Source of the DNA: Nemertoderma westbladi
Taxonomy: Eukaryota; Animalia; Xenacoelomorpha
Assembly: GCA_032718475.1 (NCBI GenBank)
Contig: JAUCBJ010002579.1
Span: forward strand, 5,314-69,313
Direction: 5' to 3'
DNA: 64,000 nucleotides
The position numbers were made by a program, and so were the translations under genes. A model generated the notes under the pieces. It saw nothing but the letters and a program-made list of their open reading frames with translations. It was not told where the DNA came from and made no database searches. Of the stretch, positions 47,506 to 60,838 are shown piece after piece; positions within the stretch are counted from its first letter, which is position 1; every line of letters starts with the position of its first letter.

Positions 47506-50500
47506 CTAAGGTGCTCCCTCTAGTAGGCAGCACTTGCCTACAGCCCTTCTGTAGGTCTTTCTATCTTTCGCTCCTATTTTTCCACCTATCCGCACTTCTA
47601 CTGATTGGACTCCTCCATCCTCGTCGGAGTAAGTGCCCACAACTCTCGCCAACCGCCATTGGTTGTTGATGATGGTATCGTCCGTGACGATCACCAGGTC
47701 ACCCTCCTTTAGCTCTCTGTTCGTGTTTCTTCACTTACTTCTCCTATGGAGCATGGGTAGATATTCCTCGACCCACCTCCTCCAGTACTCTGCGCTTATC
47801 GCCTTAGCGACTTTCCAACTCTGTCGGGAGTGTATATCGTCTGGGTCTACACCCCGCATGTCGATGGTCGCTGGCCTCTCCATTAGAAAGTGACTAGGCG
47901 TCAGCACGTCTAATGACTCCGGGTCATCATTTTCTGGATATAGCGGTCTGCTATTAATGATACCCTCGCACTTTGCTAGTACCGTCCTCAGCATGTCCTC
48001 TGTTACCATGTGGGTGTTCATCAATTTCGTCATCAGACGCTTGGAACTACCCACTAGTCTCTCGACGCATCCTAGAGTATACGGAGCATACGGCGTCCTC
48101 CTCTCCCACTTCACCTGTCGTATTCTCATGGCTGCCCTGACTTCTTCCCCTTCCAGGATATCCAAGGCATCTGCCATCTCGTTCTCTGCCCCCACAAAGT
48201 TGGTTCCGCTGTCAGAATATATTACTGCAATCGTCCCACCTTTGCTGTCTCAGAACCTTTCTAGAGCATTAATGAATGCTGATGCGGTTGCATCTTGGGC
48301 GAGTTCTATCCCTACCGCCCGTGTGTTGTTACATACGAAGATGATGCCGTAGCGCTTCTCCGTGTGCCGCATCACCTTAATCTTTATCGGCCCGAACATA
48401 TCCACACCGCAATGCGTAAATGGTGGGTCGTGCTGTCTTACTCTACTGGCCGGTAGTGGCGCCATTTCCTGTATGGCCCACTCCTTCTTAGCTCGTCGGC
48501 AGGTCTGGCACTGCCCCACTACTGCCTTTACCTTCTTTCTCAACTGTTTGACCCAAAAGGTCCTTCGTATCTCTGTGAGGGTTCGGTTGGTGCCCCCGTG
48601 CAATATCGACTTATGGGAGTCCCAGATGATCTGGTGGACTATCGGTGATCCATTAGGGATGATGATGGGCTTTGGTGGGATGAAAATACTGTTGTTGTTC
48701 AACACCCTAGAGTTCATTACTAGGATCCCGTCATCATTGAGTTGTGGTGACAGTGCGATCAGCTCGCTGTCCCGTCGGAGATGCTGTTGTTTACCAACGC
48801 GTTCCACCTCGTCGCCGTAATTCTTCCTCTGTTCGTAGCGGATGATGGCTTTGGCTGCCCCCTCCAGATCGACGGTTATTTTACCCCTTGTATCTCTACC
48901 GATTCCCCTAAGGAAGTCCCCGAAGGCTCTCCAGTACGCCACTAACTTCTTGGTCTTATACCAACTAGAGCTGTAGCTAAGGAGTTTGTCCATTGGGTTA
49001 TTGCACAGTTCTTCCGGATTCGGTTGCACATCCCTTATCTCCCTCACCATCTGGCTGTATATCTCCTCACCTTCTGAATCTACTTCCTCCTCCTCTAACG
49101 CTACTTGTTCTGCGCCCAGGTCCACCTTTCTCATCGGCGGCCAGGCTGTCTTATCGTTCAGAAATTGTGGCCCATGCTGCCACAATACTTCCTTCCTCAA
49201 GAAAGTGTGGCGTGCCACACCCCTTGATAACAAGTCCACTGGGTTCTCGTCCATTGGGCAGTAGTGCCACCTTCCTAACTCTGTGGTTGCCCTTATTTCG
49301 TCCACCCTATTTGCGATGAATATAGGGTATCTCGTCCATTCGTTATGTAGCCAACCGAGCACTACCATGGAATCCGTCCAGTAGTGTGTTTCCACTATGT
49401 TGGGAATAGCGTCCACTAAGTAGGCTGTGGCCCTAACTCCTAATCTCGCAGCTGTCAACTCGAGTTTCGGAACTGATGCTGAATCTGGTGGCGTCGACTT
49501 CGCTTTGCTGAATGCGAGTCTGGGCTTGTGAGCCCCCTCTCGTTGTACTAAGTAGAGTGCCACTCCGTATGCCTCTAATGACGCATCGGAGAACATGTGC
49601 AGATCCAGATTCGTCATGTCCCCATCCGGAAAATATACACGTGGTATGCTGTATGTTCCCATCTGCTCTAAACTCTCTGTCCACTTGTTCCATTGCTTAC
49701 TAATCTCTTCCGGGACCTCTGTGTCCCACTCGTCCTTTAATTTGTATACTCTCTTGAGTATCTGTTTCCCCGTGACTAGTAATGGGGATGCTAGGCCTAG
49801 GGGATCGTATATCCTCGCTATATACGACACATAGCCCCTCTTTGTGTGGATGCCTGCGCCCTCCTGACTCAACTGGTATTTTAGCTCGTCTGTCTCTCGG
49901 TCCCACACGATTCCTAGTGCCTTCTGCTGGGACTCCACTCTCTTGTTCGCCATGTCCTGTTCCTTGGCTGTCGTGGGATTATCCATGGTCGACTCTGGCC
50001 TCCTGTCCTCTATGGCTTTCATGAACTCTTGCGAGCTGGATTGGAACTTGGTTAGGTTGAACCCGGATCCTTTTAGGATGTCGCAAACCTCGCGCCCCGT
50101 GTCCAGTAGTTCCTTAACCGTATTTCCAGACTCCATCCCGTCGTCTACATAGAAACCTCGTCGAATCATATTGACGGCTTTGGCGCTGAATTTATCTTCC
50201 TTTCCCTCTACTGTGTCTCTTACGGCCACAGTCGTTGTAAACGAAGACGACTTGGCTCCCATATTCTGTACTATCATCTTATACATTGGTATGGTCGACG
50301 GTTCCTCGCCGCCATCATACCATAGGAAGCGCTGGCTGTCGCTATCCTCTTCCGTTACACGGACTTGGTTGAACATGCCTTCGATGTCACAGGTGAAAGC
50401 GTGTTTACCATTCCTGAATCTGAGTAGGACCTCGATCCCTGAGTTGTAGATGTTGGGACCCTCCAGCAGATAATCGTTTAGGCATTTTCCGTTGGTCTTG

Positions 50501-52752
50501 GCTGATGCATCAACTACCATCCGCAGTTTACCTTTCTTCGGGTCTAGAGCCACATGGAGTGGCAGGTAATAGGTACTGTCCGTGTTTGGTTCGTTGACCG
50601 GTAATTCCACGGCCCATCCTTTCTCAACATACTTTCTAATTGTCTTGTGAATGTACTCATTCTTCTTGGGGCTCTGTTTCAGCGTTTGCTTCAACTTATG
50701 AAGCCTCGTGAGTACCATCCCTTTATTGTCAGGCAGCGGTAGCTTCAGTAGCTTCCATACCATCCCTATGGTATACCGCCCCTCATCGCATGTCATCTAT
50801 TCCTTTACACTTTGTAAAGCCTGCTTGTCTTCTACCGAGGTTCCGACCCCGGTCTCCTTTAATCCCTCAAAATCCTGCCTGAGCAGTCTCTTGAGCTGCT
50901 CCTCCGCTCGCTCATCTCCCATTTCTTGCATAGTTCCCACGAACATGCATCCTGATGTCTCCGACATCCTAAATGGTATCTTACTCCTGATTGGGCCACT
51001 CAGCGTCCACCCGAATGGTGTTAATATCGCCACCGGGTCACACTGCCTGTCTTCGCCAAAGACCGTTCGCATTCTCTCGTGGGCCGTCGGGCAGTCCATT
51101 CCTACTATGATGGATACCTTCCTGACGTCCACCTCTGGGATTGAGAAATCAATACTGTCAATCTGTATTGTTCAACCTCGATGTTGGTTGGCCGCCTGGC
51201 GTTAATATTTATCGAATCTATCACCTGGATGGGGTCGATGGTCGCACCATAGTCGCATCCCGGTGCTATCGCTGCTATCGTCTTTGCTGGAGATGGTTGT
51301 TACCACCATTCTACTTGGCCTCGTTCTCAATCCTATCTCTTCGGCCACCCAATCCTCAACTAAGGTGAATGCTGCACAACTGTCGACCAGCATGAGCGTA
51401 GTTACTGATCGATTGCCTTCACCGATTATCCTTACTGGTACTACCCCTAATAGTACCGTTCCTCTCTTCCTCGCCACTACGGTGCTCGTTGCCATTGTCT
51501 GTCCTTTACTCTGACCGAACTTAATTGGCGTTTCTTTGCATTGGTTGGCTCTATGTCCACTCATCACACATCGCGAGCAGATTTCATTTTTTCTCGCGTA
51601 TTCTACCTGATCTTCCCTGGGTAGCGCTTGCCAGTACCTGGAGTTCATGGGTCGGCCTACTGGGCGTGCTGGGGTTGTGTTTATTTGTGTTGTTATTTTC
51701 CCCTGTCCGCTCCATGATGTGGTCTTACCCCCAGCTACTTGTGGACTGGTAGTCCCCTGCGTTGCTGCGTACGGCAGTGACTGCCTGAGCTTTGGCAATT
51801 CGTTCGACGCGTTGTGCTCTGGTTTCGGCCTGTGGTAATCGGTCTTTGGTCCCTTTCCCAGGCTATCCTCGCTATAGACTGGGTCCGTTATAAGTTCAGC
51901 TTCATAGTTTAAGAAGCTTGACATCTCTTCTAAACCCGGTTTCACACCCTTCTTATCTCGAGTGGAGAAAGCGATTTTCCTCCACTTATTGCGCAGCAAA
52001 ATCGGTAGTGCCTGCGCTATCGTAGTGATGTTGTTGGACGCGTTGAGTTCGTATGGCGCGTCCAGCATCTTTAGCACGATTAGCGCCTTCTCGACTTTGT
52101 TAGCGAATGTCTTTATGCTAACAGGGTTATCCTGTAGGCCACCCGATGTATTACCTCTCAGGGTCTGCCGGATGATCTTGGCCGGGTGCCCGTATTCCCT
52201 GTCTAACGCCCGCCATGCCGTCATGAAGCCACCCTCGATGCCCTGGTATTGCCTCACGATGTCATATGCTGGGCCCCCTGTATATACTTGCAGATACTTT
52301 AGGCACTCCGCCTGCGTCAAATTCTTTGTTAATATTTCGTTACTATACATACGCCGAAACTGTAGGTATTCTTCCGGCCTACTTCCATCGAATTTGAATG
52401 GTTCCACGGGTGGTAACTCGATTCTGGTCTTTAGTGCATCGATTAACGTGGCCATCCCCATCGCCTGCGCTTCCAATGGGTTCGATGGGTGCTGTATAGG
52501 TTCTCCCATTGGGTGCGGTCCGTTCGTCCTGTCTACCGCTTTCCTCTGACTTGGATATATCATAGGGGGTAGCAGCCCCCTCCATATTTCTGTGTCGCAC
52601 GATCTATTCTCGTCCAAGGGGTTCGATGTTCTTACTCCTATTGGGGTATAATGTTGATATTGTGATGGGGGAATGTCACCCTGTCCCCCCCCCCCCCCCC
52701 CACCGGTATGTTTGGTACTGGGGTTGATGTTAATATATTGGGGCCCATACAC
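47506..52752 (-). pseudogene. Element 2 gag-pol, broken by several stops and frameshifts
   Basis: PFKFDG gag core, CSRC...GH....C, LVDSCA protease, FYVDD RT, FSDAS/WTDS/NPVDLLSRG RNase H, GVDMFGP..SDSGTNF..ERLV integrase; TAG at 50797, breaks near 51200, 48250 and 47731. Confidence 0.92.
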
Positions 52753-55700
52753 CTATCCGTAATAAGTCTCCCCTCCCCTGGGTATATGTTATGTCCTTGC
52801 ATGCTGTAGTCATACTGTTGTGCTGGTACCGGTATAGGCCTATCCACTTCTGGCCTACCCGCCGGTATATACTCCGCTACTTCCGGGTTTAATCCCGTTG
52901 TTTGCGCTATCCTATCGCCTACATTATCTCTCCCAGCATGGCTTATGGTATGTGCAGTAAGGCCTACAGTATGTCCTGCAGTCTGTATGTGTCGCTCGGG
53001 ATCAAAGTTTATCCTTCTCGAATAATCCTCCCCGCGGCTACCGTATTCTCGATCGGTAGGTATATCCCGTCGGGAAGTTTCTCTTCGACCCCCTCTACTG
53101 CTCTCGTCCTCGTGCCGGTACATCCTGTACCCCTCTCTCTGCTCGCAATACGCCTCGTCAGGTCGCGTTTCTCCGGGACGACGGCAATCTCCCGAAGTTC
53201 GACCCCACTGACTCTCCGTCTCCACCTCTACTACCAACGGCTCACTATCCGTCCTCGCTCTCCTGTCGTTCGCGGCGACACTTCTTCTACTCTCTTCCTT
53301 TCTTCTCTCTGTAGTGCAGTATTCCCGCTCGTGAGATCTCTCGTCGACCTCCCGGTTAAACTCCACTGTTCTTCTTCCCTCTTCTGATTGGGCTCGACGC
53401 CTCGTCGCTCGCCCTCTCGCGACTTCAACCTGTCTCTCTCTGCTCGATCGCATGCCGCTGGGGATACTCGTAATCCTCCTACTACTCTCCGTCGCCGGGT
53501 GCTGCGGTTCACCTAATTCGCCCCGCGCATTATCCGCCGACGCTTGTGGGACACTCTTTGCCCCCCCCCCCCCCCCCGCTCGCCGCTAATCTCTCGTTGT
53601 GGGGCTCCTATAGCCCCCCCCCCACTCGCCACATCTAACTTCACTATCTCTTAGTTCACTACTACACCCCTCTCTAGTCGACACATTAACCCTACTGCGG
53701 GTGGGTCTATTCACCCCCGCCTCTCCCTCTGCTACTGTGTGGCCTACCAGGCCCTCTACTTCCTGCCTACAAACTACGCGGCCTACCAGGCCCTCACTGG
53801 GTTGACTCAACCCCGCCACTTCCTGCCTACTAACTGCGTGGCCTACCAAGCCCTCGTCGGGTTGACTCAACCCTGCCACTTCCTGCCTACTAACTACGTG
53901 GCCTACCAGGCCCTCGTCCGTCGGGCTGTCTGCACCCGCCACGTTTATATTAATAGCACCATTACTAGTATCGCCCGTTAAATCAATTAAATCCTCCAAA
54001 TCAATTAAATTATTTTGCGCGCCTAAATTAGAAACGGAATTATTTTGTTCATTCGAAATAAGATTATTTGAATTATTTTGCGTATTTATATTATTCGAAT
54101 TATTTTGTAAATTTACATTATTTGAATTATTTAGTAAATTTAAATTTAAATTACTACTACTAGGTAAAGTATTTCCTGCAATGAAAGTTTGGTTAGAATT
54201 ATCCAATACGGTACTATTAATATTAACGTTATCTACTGTATTATTATTACCCCCCCTGCCCGTACGGTCACACCAGTCTTGGGTCTGTCATGCGGTCCCT
54301 ATAAGTGGGGTATTAATAAACGTTTCCACAGCCCTTGGCTCCTCGTAAATACTTGAGCCAGTCTCGCTCTCTGACAATCCCATCTGCGCCAGTTCCAGTC
54401 GGCGCTTCTGTTTGGCTTGATATTGAATAAGCCCCCTTAGGCAGGCATGTAAATCATCCCGCACACGCTTCCCCGCCGCCTCTCTTTCCAGATCCTCCCG
54501 TGCACTCTGGTCGGCTAATTCCACCTCTCTCGCAGCTCTCTCCAATCGTCTCGCCTCGCGCTCTTTTAGCTCGCTCTGCTCTCTCGCCTCACGCTCCTCA
54601 CTTCTATTCTGCTCTCTCACCTCGTGCTCTTTTCGCTCGCTCTGCTCTCTCGCCTCACGCTCCTCACGTCTATTCTGCTCTCTCGCCTCGCGCTCTTTTC
54701 GCTCGCTATGGTCTCTTGCCTCACGCTCTTCTTGCTCCTTCCTTTCTATCCTCCCTATTTCCCCGCACTCCTTAAAGCTTCTCGCGGCCTTCTCAGCCTC
54801 TCTCTGTTCACTCTAACCAGTTCTTTCTCATTCTCTAGTAACGCACTCCCCTCCTCTAACTGTCTCTCTACTTCTCTCTGGTCTAGCACCGCCAGATCGA
54901 GTTGGCACGCCAGATTTATTGCCGTCACCCGTCTTTCCTTTGCGGAGGATGTAGCAGACTTATCGGTTGTGACGGACTCTCTCCACCCTCCCGTCCTACT
55001 GACTTTCCCCCACCTCCCGGAACTTACTCCGACCGACGAGACCGAATCCTCGGGGTTAACCTCGGATTCGCCCTCCTCAGGTCTCCTCCAGCCCACTAAC
55101 TTTACTCCCCGGGCATCGACTAAGTATGGCCCTACGTACACTACGCTAGGTTTCATACCCCTACATTCCCATAGTTCAAACAGTTCGCTGGCAACCCCTT
55201 TCGCTCTCTCGTCGGCTAGTTCTCCCTGCCCAAAACGCATTAGGTAATCAAAATGTCTGTTCGACTCACCTAGTCGTTTTCTCAACTTCACCTCGTCTAT
55301 CTTCGCCCCTCCTTTGGCTTCTCTTAAATGCTTTCAGGTCGCGGCGTAGGCTCGTCGGAGCCAGTCACTGACCCCGACGTCCTCGTCGCCGACATCTCCT
55401 TTATCCCTCCGGGTCCGGCGTTGTACCGGCGGCCCCACCGTCGCCGTTCTGGTGGGCCGTCCGTCGCCCTCGGCCTGTGGCTGGCCGGCGACATCGGCAC
55501 GTCGACCGCCACTGTGTGTCGACTCGTCTCTCTCCTCTCCTAACTCGTCTCTCCCTCCTCTCGGCTCGTCTTCTGGTTGTAGAAGGCCCCCATCATCTTT
55601 GGTTGCCGGGTCGCCCGTTATCGATGGGTCCAGCATCGTGGGTCTATACCGTCGTGTCGCGGCCTCGCGGATCGTTAGGTCGCCGTCCGGGGTCCGCGGC

Positions 55701-55765
55701 GGTGTCATTTCTCCTTCTCGACTCATCTTTACTTTACTTTGTCGGTTAGAGTCTGGTCTTGTCAC
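52638..55765 (-). pseudogene. Long low-complexity N-terminal gag extension or upstream ORF of element 2 (fragmented)
   Basis: Consecutive minus-strand ORF pieces rich in R/E/S/G starting ~25 nt after the 5' LTR; 66-bp (54550-54730) and 60-bp (53735-53920) coding repeats; Asn-rich island 53950-54250. Confidence 0.55.
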
Positions 55766-55790
55766 TAGGGTAGCTGCTCGTTCTTATCAC

Positions 55791-56361
55791 TGTGACAGGA
55801 TCCACCAAGGATCCCGGTTTATCCGGTTTCTTAACTACGTGTCCCCGCCGTGTGTGTGAAAAGAGTTCTGGTGTTATTAACTCTGGCTATTGTTGGTCCA
55901 TAGAATATAAATATAAAGCACAAGCACAGTTGAAATAGAATAACGTGAGTACCGGTATTGTACGAATGAGATAGGCTGATAGCACTGGACGGAGACGGTG
56001 ATAAGAGTCTCGGTACTACCCTAACTAACTGACTTACTAAAGAGTGAATGAATGATACAGTGAAATGGTGATATATTGCACCAGTTGGCCGCATTACACT
56101 ACTCAGTCTATGCCTTCCCCCCATTGGCTAATAACTCACTTTTCACCCTCCCATCTCCCTGGGAGTACTTCCCCCCCGCTGCTGTCTCTCTCTCTCTCCC
56201 GGAGGTGTAACCTCTGACCCCCGCTGTGTGTGTTCCCTTGGGGCCTATTGTCCCCGCTTATTGGGGTGACACGAGGTTGATTGGTAACCAACCTCGTGCT
56301 CCCAATATTGCTTAAAACCAACTCTGTGTGGGCCTGGTTAGCGGAATTGAATACGCTAACA
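55791..56361 (-). repeat. 5' LTR of element 2
   Basis: TGTGACAGGATCC...GCTAACA followed by the TSD AGTTC. Confidence 0.95.
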
Positions 56362-56776
56362 AGTTCAAATGGGAACAGCCAATAAGAACACCAGAAAGTG
56401 TGACTACCAATAAGAGTCCAGTACTATGATAATCGATGTCGGCGTCGGGCAATGGATAAACAAGGTTAGCGATGGCGTATGGCACAGATTTGACATAAAA
56501 TATTATGCACGTAAATATTGAGTAGCTCTCTGATAAAATATAAGATTTCATTATGAAGTTAGCTAGTTAGTTAGTTAGAAGTTAGTAGTTAAAAGAAGCA
56601 ACTATGTAGCTGAGATTTCCTCAAGATCCAGAGTCTATTAGAACCCTTTACCCCGTACTAACTTCAGGTCCAGCAACAAACTTTAGCTTAGTTTCTATGC
56701 CCCAAAAAATTCCTAGACCTAACTGTAGATCCCTTAACAGGTACACAGTTCATTGTTTAGTGTTTACTGTTTATTG

Positions 56777-58206
56777 TGCCCGCTGCCTCTGTATAAGGTG
56801 CCCACTGTCTCTATTTAAGGTGCCCGCTGTCTCTGTTTAAGGTGCCCAATGTCTCTGTTTAAGGTGCCCACTGTCTCTGTTTAAGGTGCCCGCTGTCTCT
56901 GTTTAAGGTGCCCGCCATCTCTGTTTACGGTGCCCGCTATCTTTGTTTAAGGTGCCCGCTGTCTCTGTTTAAGGTGCCCACTGTCTCTGTTTAAGGTGCC
57001 CGCTGTCTCTGTTTAAGGGGCCCGCTATATCTGTTTAGTGTGCCCGCTGTCTCTGTTTATTGAGCCCGATGATTCTGTTTAAGGTGCCCGTTGTCTCTGT
57101 TTAAGGAGCACGCTGTCTCTGTTTAAGGTGCCGCTGTCTCTATTTAAGGTGCCCACTGTCTCTGTTTCAGGTGCCTACTGTCTCTGTTTAAGGTGCCCAC
57201 TGTCTCTGTTTCAGGTGCCGCTGTCTCTGTTTAAGGTGCCCACTGTCTCTGTTTAAGGTGCCGCTGTCTCTGTTTAAGGTGCCCACTGTCTCTGTTTCAG
57301 GTGCCTACTGCCTCTATTTAAGGTGCGCGATGTCTCTGTTTAAGGAGCCCGCTGTCTCTGTTTAAGGTGCCTGCTGTCTCTGTTTAAGGTGCCCACTGTC
57401 TCTATTTAAGGTGCCCGCTGTCTCTGTTTAAGGAACCCGCTGTCTCTGTTTAAGGTGCCCGCTGTCTCTGTTTAAGGTGCCCACTGTTTCTGTTTAAGGT
57501 GCCTACTGCCTCTATTTAAGGTGCCCGCTGTCTCTGTTTAAGGAGCCCGCTGTCTCTGTTTAAGGTGCCCGCTGTCTCTGTTCAAGGGGCCCACTGTCTC
57601 TATTTAAGGTACCCGCTGTCTCTGTTTAAGGAGCCCGCTGTCTCCGCTTAAGGTGCCCGCTGTCTCTGTTTAAGGTGCCCGCTGTCTCTGTTTAAGGTGC
57701 CCACTGTCTCTGTTTAAGGTACCCGCTGTCTCTGTTTAAGGTGCCCGCCATCTCTGTTTAAGGTGCCCGCTATATCTGTTTAAGGGATCCGCTGTCTCTG
57801 TTTATTGTGACCGCTGTCTCTGTTTAAGGTGCCCGCTGTCTCTGTTTAAGGTGCCCGCTGTCTCTGTTTAAGGGGCCCGCTATCTCTGTTTAGTTTGCCC
57901 GCTGTCTCTGTTTATTGAGCCCGATGACTCTGTTTAAGGTGCCCACTGTCTCTGTTTAAGGTACCCGCTGTCTCTGTTTAAGGTGCCCGCCATCTCTGTT
58001 TAAGGGACCCGCTATCTCTGTTTAGTTTGCCCGCTGTCTCTGTTTATTGAGCCCAATGACTCTGTTTAAGATGCCCGCTGTCTCTATTTAAGGTGCCCAC
58101 TGTCTCTGTTTAAGGGGCCCGCTATCTCTGTTTAGTTTGCCCGCTGTCTCTGTTTATTTAGCCCGATGACTCTGTTTAAGGTGCCCGCTGTCTCTGTTTA
58201 AGGTGC
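56777..58206. repeat. 22-bp minisatellite, ~65 units
   Basis: GTGCCCGCTGTCTCTGTTTAAG head-to-tail with point variants and no unique spacers. Confidence 0.97.
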
Positions 58207-59874
58207 TAATAGTTGGTAACAGATTTTGCATTAGATGATTAAGTTAATATCAAAATTACCAAAAATATTCCCAAATTACTTTTGAAATAAAAAAAACAAT
58301 AAAAATTAAAAATAACTTTTTAATTTTTGTAATATCGAAATATCGAAAATTATAACAACTCAAAAATTAATTTTGCTGGCGCCCCCTCTGATTGGCGCCG
58401 AGGGGCGAGTAACCCGCTATTATAGCTACGCCTCTGTAGGTAGGCTACAGTACAACTAATGTACTGTACAGTAGGTAGGCATACTGTATGTAATACGGCC
58501 TCTGCTTACTGTTATATACCCCGTCTACTGTACTGTATTAATACAACGTTTGTTTGTTTGTTTGTTGATGTATACAATATCAATATGAACATAAAAATTT
58601 TGGCGTTGCTCCTAATTGCTCTGAACTGTATTAATAGTTACTGTATTTGCCGCGTATAACCATTATACTGTATAAATTGGAATATACGAGGTTTTGCCAT
58701 GTTTTCATATATGATTTACTGATTTTTCCACGTGGACTGAATTTCATATTCTTTAATTTACAGCACTGTGTTATGCAACATTTGTGGGGTTCTGCCTCAA
58801 AGTGGGCAAACGTTACTGGCTTATAACTTAGAAATGGCCGGTAGAAAATAATCAATAAGGTAGGTAGACTACGATATATTTCAATGTCATATTCGTGATC
58901 AGCACCCCAGAAAAGCCATAAGGTCTTAAAATCAGGTTGATTTGGTGGGGCTTTTCATTATCATGTTTGCACTAACGGTCCTTCCTACTTGTTTTCTTTG
59001 TGCAGATTCCAATTTACCAGAAATTTTCTCGAGTATTACATTTGAGTTCTATGCCTACTGTATAATCGCGATCAGCATCCAAAAAACCTCTATACCGTAT
59101 ACCGCAAATAAATTTACTTTACTGAGCCATGACAACTTGGAGATGGAGATGGGTGCCAGAATGGGACCACACCACGGAAACTAACTTACAGTGTCAGCTG
59201 TAGCCGTAGGGCCTACTGTAATTAGTGTTTGCTTTCAGGCAAGACAACAAGTGTATCGGAGTTAAATACTCGATTTCTTCGTACTAAGCTGGTAGTATGT
59301 AAATTATTTAATGACTTTCCCCAACTTTTTTAATCCACATTGTAATATAATGAGATAAAAGGAATACTCAACTGTGCTGCTGTGTGTGCGAGCATGACCA
59401 AAGAGTCTGATGGTAGTGAATGATAGGCCTACTCATGGAGAATGATGATTTAATAAAACCAAATTATTATCTGTCTATTAAAATCTGTCATGGTTGAATC
59501 GATAAGTTTATTAGATCATACAGGAATCATTCAATCTGATTATACACCCTTAATACTTCACGGTTAATTGAACTAGGGATGCAGGCATAGGAGGCCTCAG
59601 ATTGTCTATAAAGTCCAACAATACCTTAGTCAGATTATTTTTGTTTGAATCTTGAAAAAATAAGTTGTCACTGCTCTTGTTTGAATATTAATATTATTAA
59701 AGTTACCCAATTTTCGGCTCTCTAAAACATTTGGAATTTTTCACAAAATTTGAAAGCAATGTGCTCTAAAAATCTTCACTCATCGCTAAATTATACTGTG
59801 CTAAATTAAGTTCATAGTTAATTTTAAGTTTATTTAATTGGCCAACCTGATTAAAGGGGATTGGTTGAACCAAT

Positions 59875-60095
59875 GACCCTTACTTACACCCTACGCCCCA
59901 TCGCGCACACTCAGATCTAGTAACACATGGTTACAGTACTTATAGTTCCGAGATATACCACGGATCACTATGAAAGACGAGCATTCTCAGTTTCTGCACC
60001 GATGCTCTGGAATGCCCTCCCGCAACAAATTCGCGAAGCTAAATCAATTGAGTCGCTTAAATCGAAACTAAAGATGCACTATTTAAATTAGAATA
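59875..60095 (+). mobile_element. L2/CR1-group LINE 3' fragment
   Basis: Translates to YAPSRTLRSS...LIVPR...RAFSVSAPMLWNALPQQIREAKSIESLKSKLKMH, the typical L2 ORF2 C-terminus. Confidence 0.75.
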
Positions 60096-60462
60096 CAATG
60101 TGTAATTCCATGAGAGCTAAGCTATAAATATTTATGTTAACTATAACATAGCTCCTTCAACAAGCATATAACTATGTATGTTTAGCCTACTCGAAATCAG
60201 TTTTTTCAAATTTTACTCTGTCCTAAAATATTGCCTTTAACCGTTTTCAGTATTATGAAGGCAATATATTATTTTTAGGAAAAGTCGTAAAATTTCAGAT
60301 TATTTTACTGGATACTACAGTAATTCAATATATTCAACTGTATATAATTTGGGTACATTCTTGTTAATATTATATTTCTGTGTCTAAATTATTTTATATC
60401 GTACAGAAACTGTACATTGTCGTTTTTTATTGTAGGCCTTATTGTGATGCGCCACAATTCTC

Positions 60463-60501
60463 ACTACTACTACTATCGGCATGCTGCAATGCAGCTGCAT
60501 T
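60463..60501 (-). mobile_element. Extremely truncated 3' end of the same RTE family as 37881-39183
   Basis: ACTACTACTACTATCGGCATGCTGCAATGCAGCTGCATT matches the tail at 37883-37923. Confidence 0.6.
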
Positions 60502-60838
60502 ATACTGTATACTGTATATTATATATATATTAGGAATGTTCGTAACGTGATATAATGTATTTTATAATTAATTAATAAATATTTCACACATATTAATATA
60601 TAAACAGTAATTATTTTTATAGCCTACAACTTACCTGTACCACTACTGATCGCGTTTATAAAGTGTTCAATGTTCTAAACCTGGGAATTAATTATGTGTA
60701 CATGTAGGTTAGCAAAGTCAAGTGACGACACCACCTCTAACAGCAAACAATAATATTATCCCAGCCATTTATAATTAAGAAATTACAATACATAATAATC
60801 AACTCTGAATATAGAGCCGAGTTTTACTGCCTTGAATA

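Larger units (their letters stand above)
42739..56361 (-). mobile_element. Bel/Pao element 2, full length (13.6 kb), degenerate, with extra cargo ORF
   Basis: TG..CA LTRs at both ends; 5-bp TSD AGTTC (42734-42738, 56362-56366); order PR-RT-RH-IN; PPT GGGGGGAG at 43315-43322. Confidence 0.95.

Noticed and set aside
50794-50799. Programmed TAG readthrough between protease and RT in element 2
   Set aside because: The element has several other lesions and Bel/Pao gag-pol is normally one ORF, so simple decay is more likely
56777-58206. CRISPR-like array
   Set aside because: Units are contiguous with no unique spacers; no cas genes; eukaryotic context
27624-58436. One giant hAT element bounded by CAGTGGCGCAGCCA and TAGCTACGCCTCTG
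   Set aside because: The termini match only loosely and the flanks (TATGACCC vs TAGGTAGG) are not a TSD
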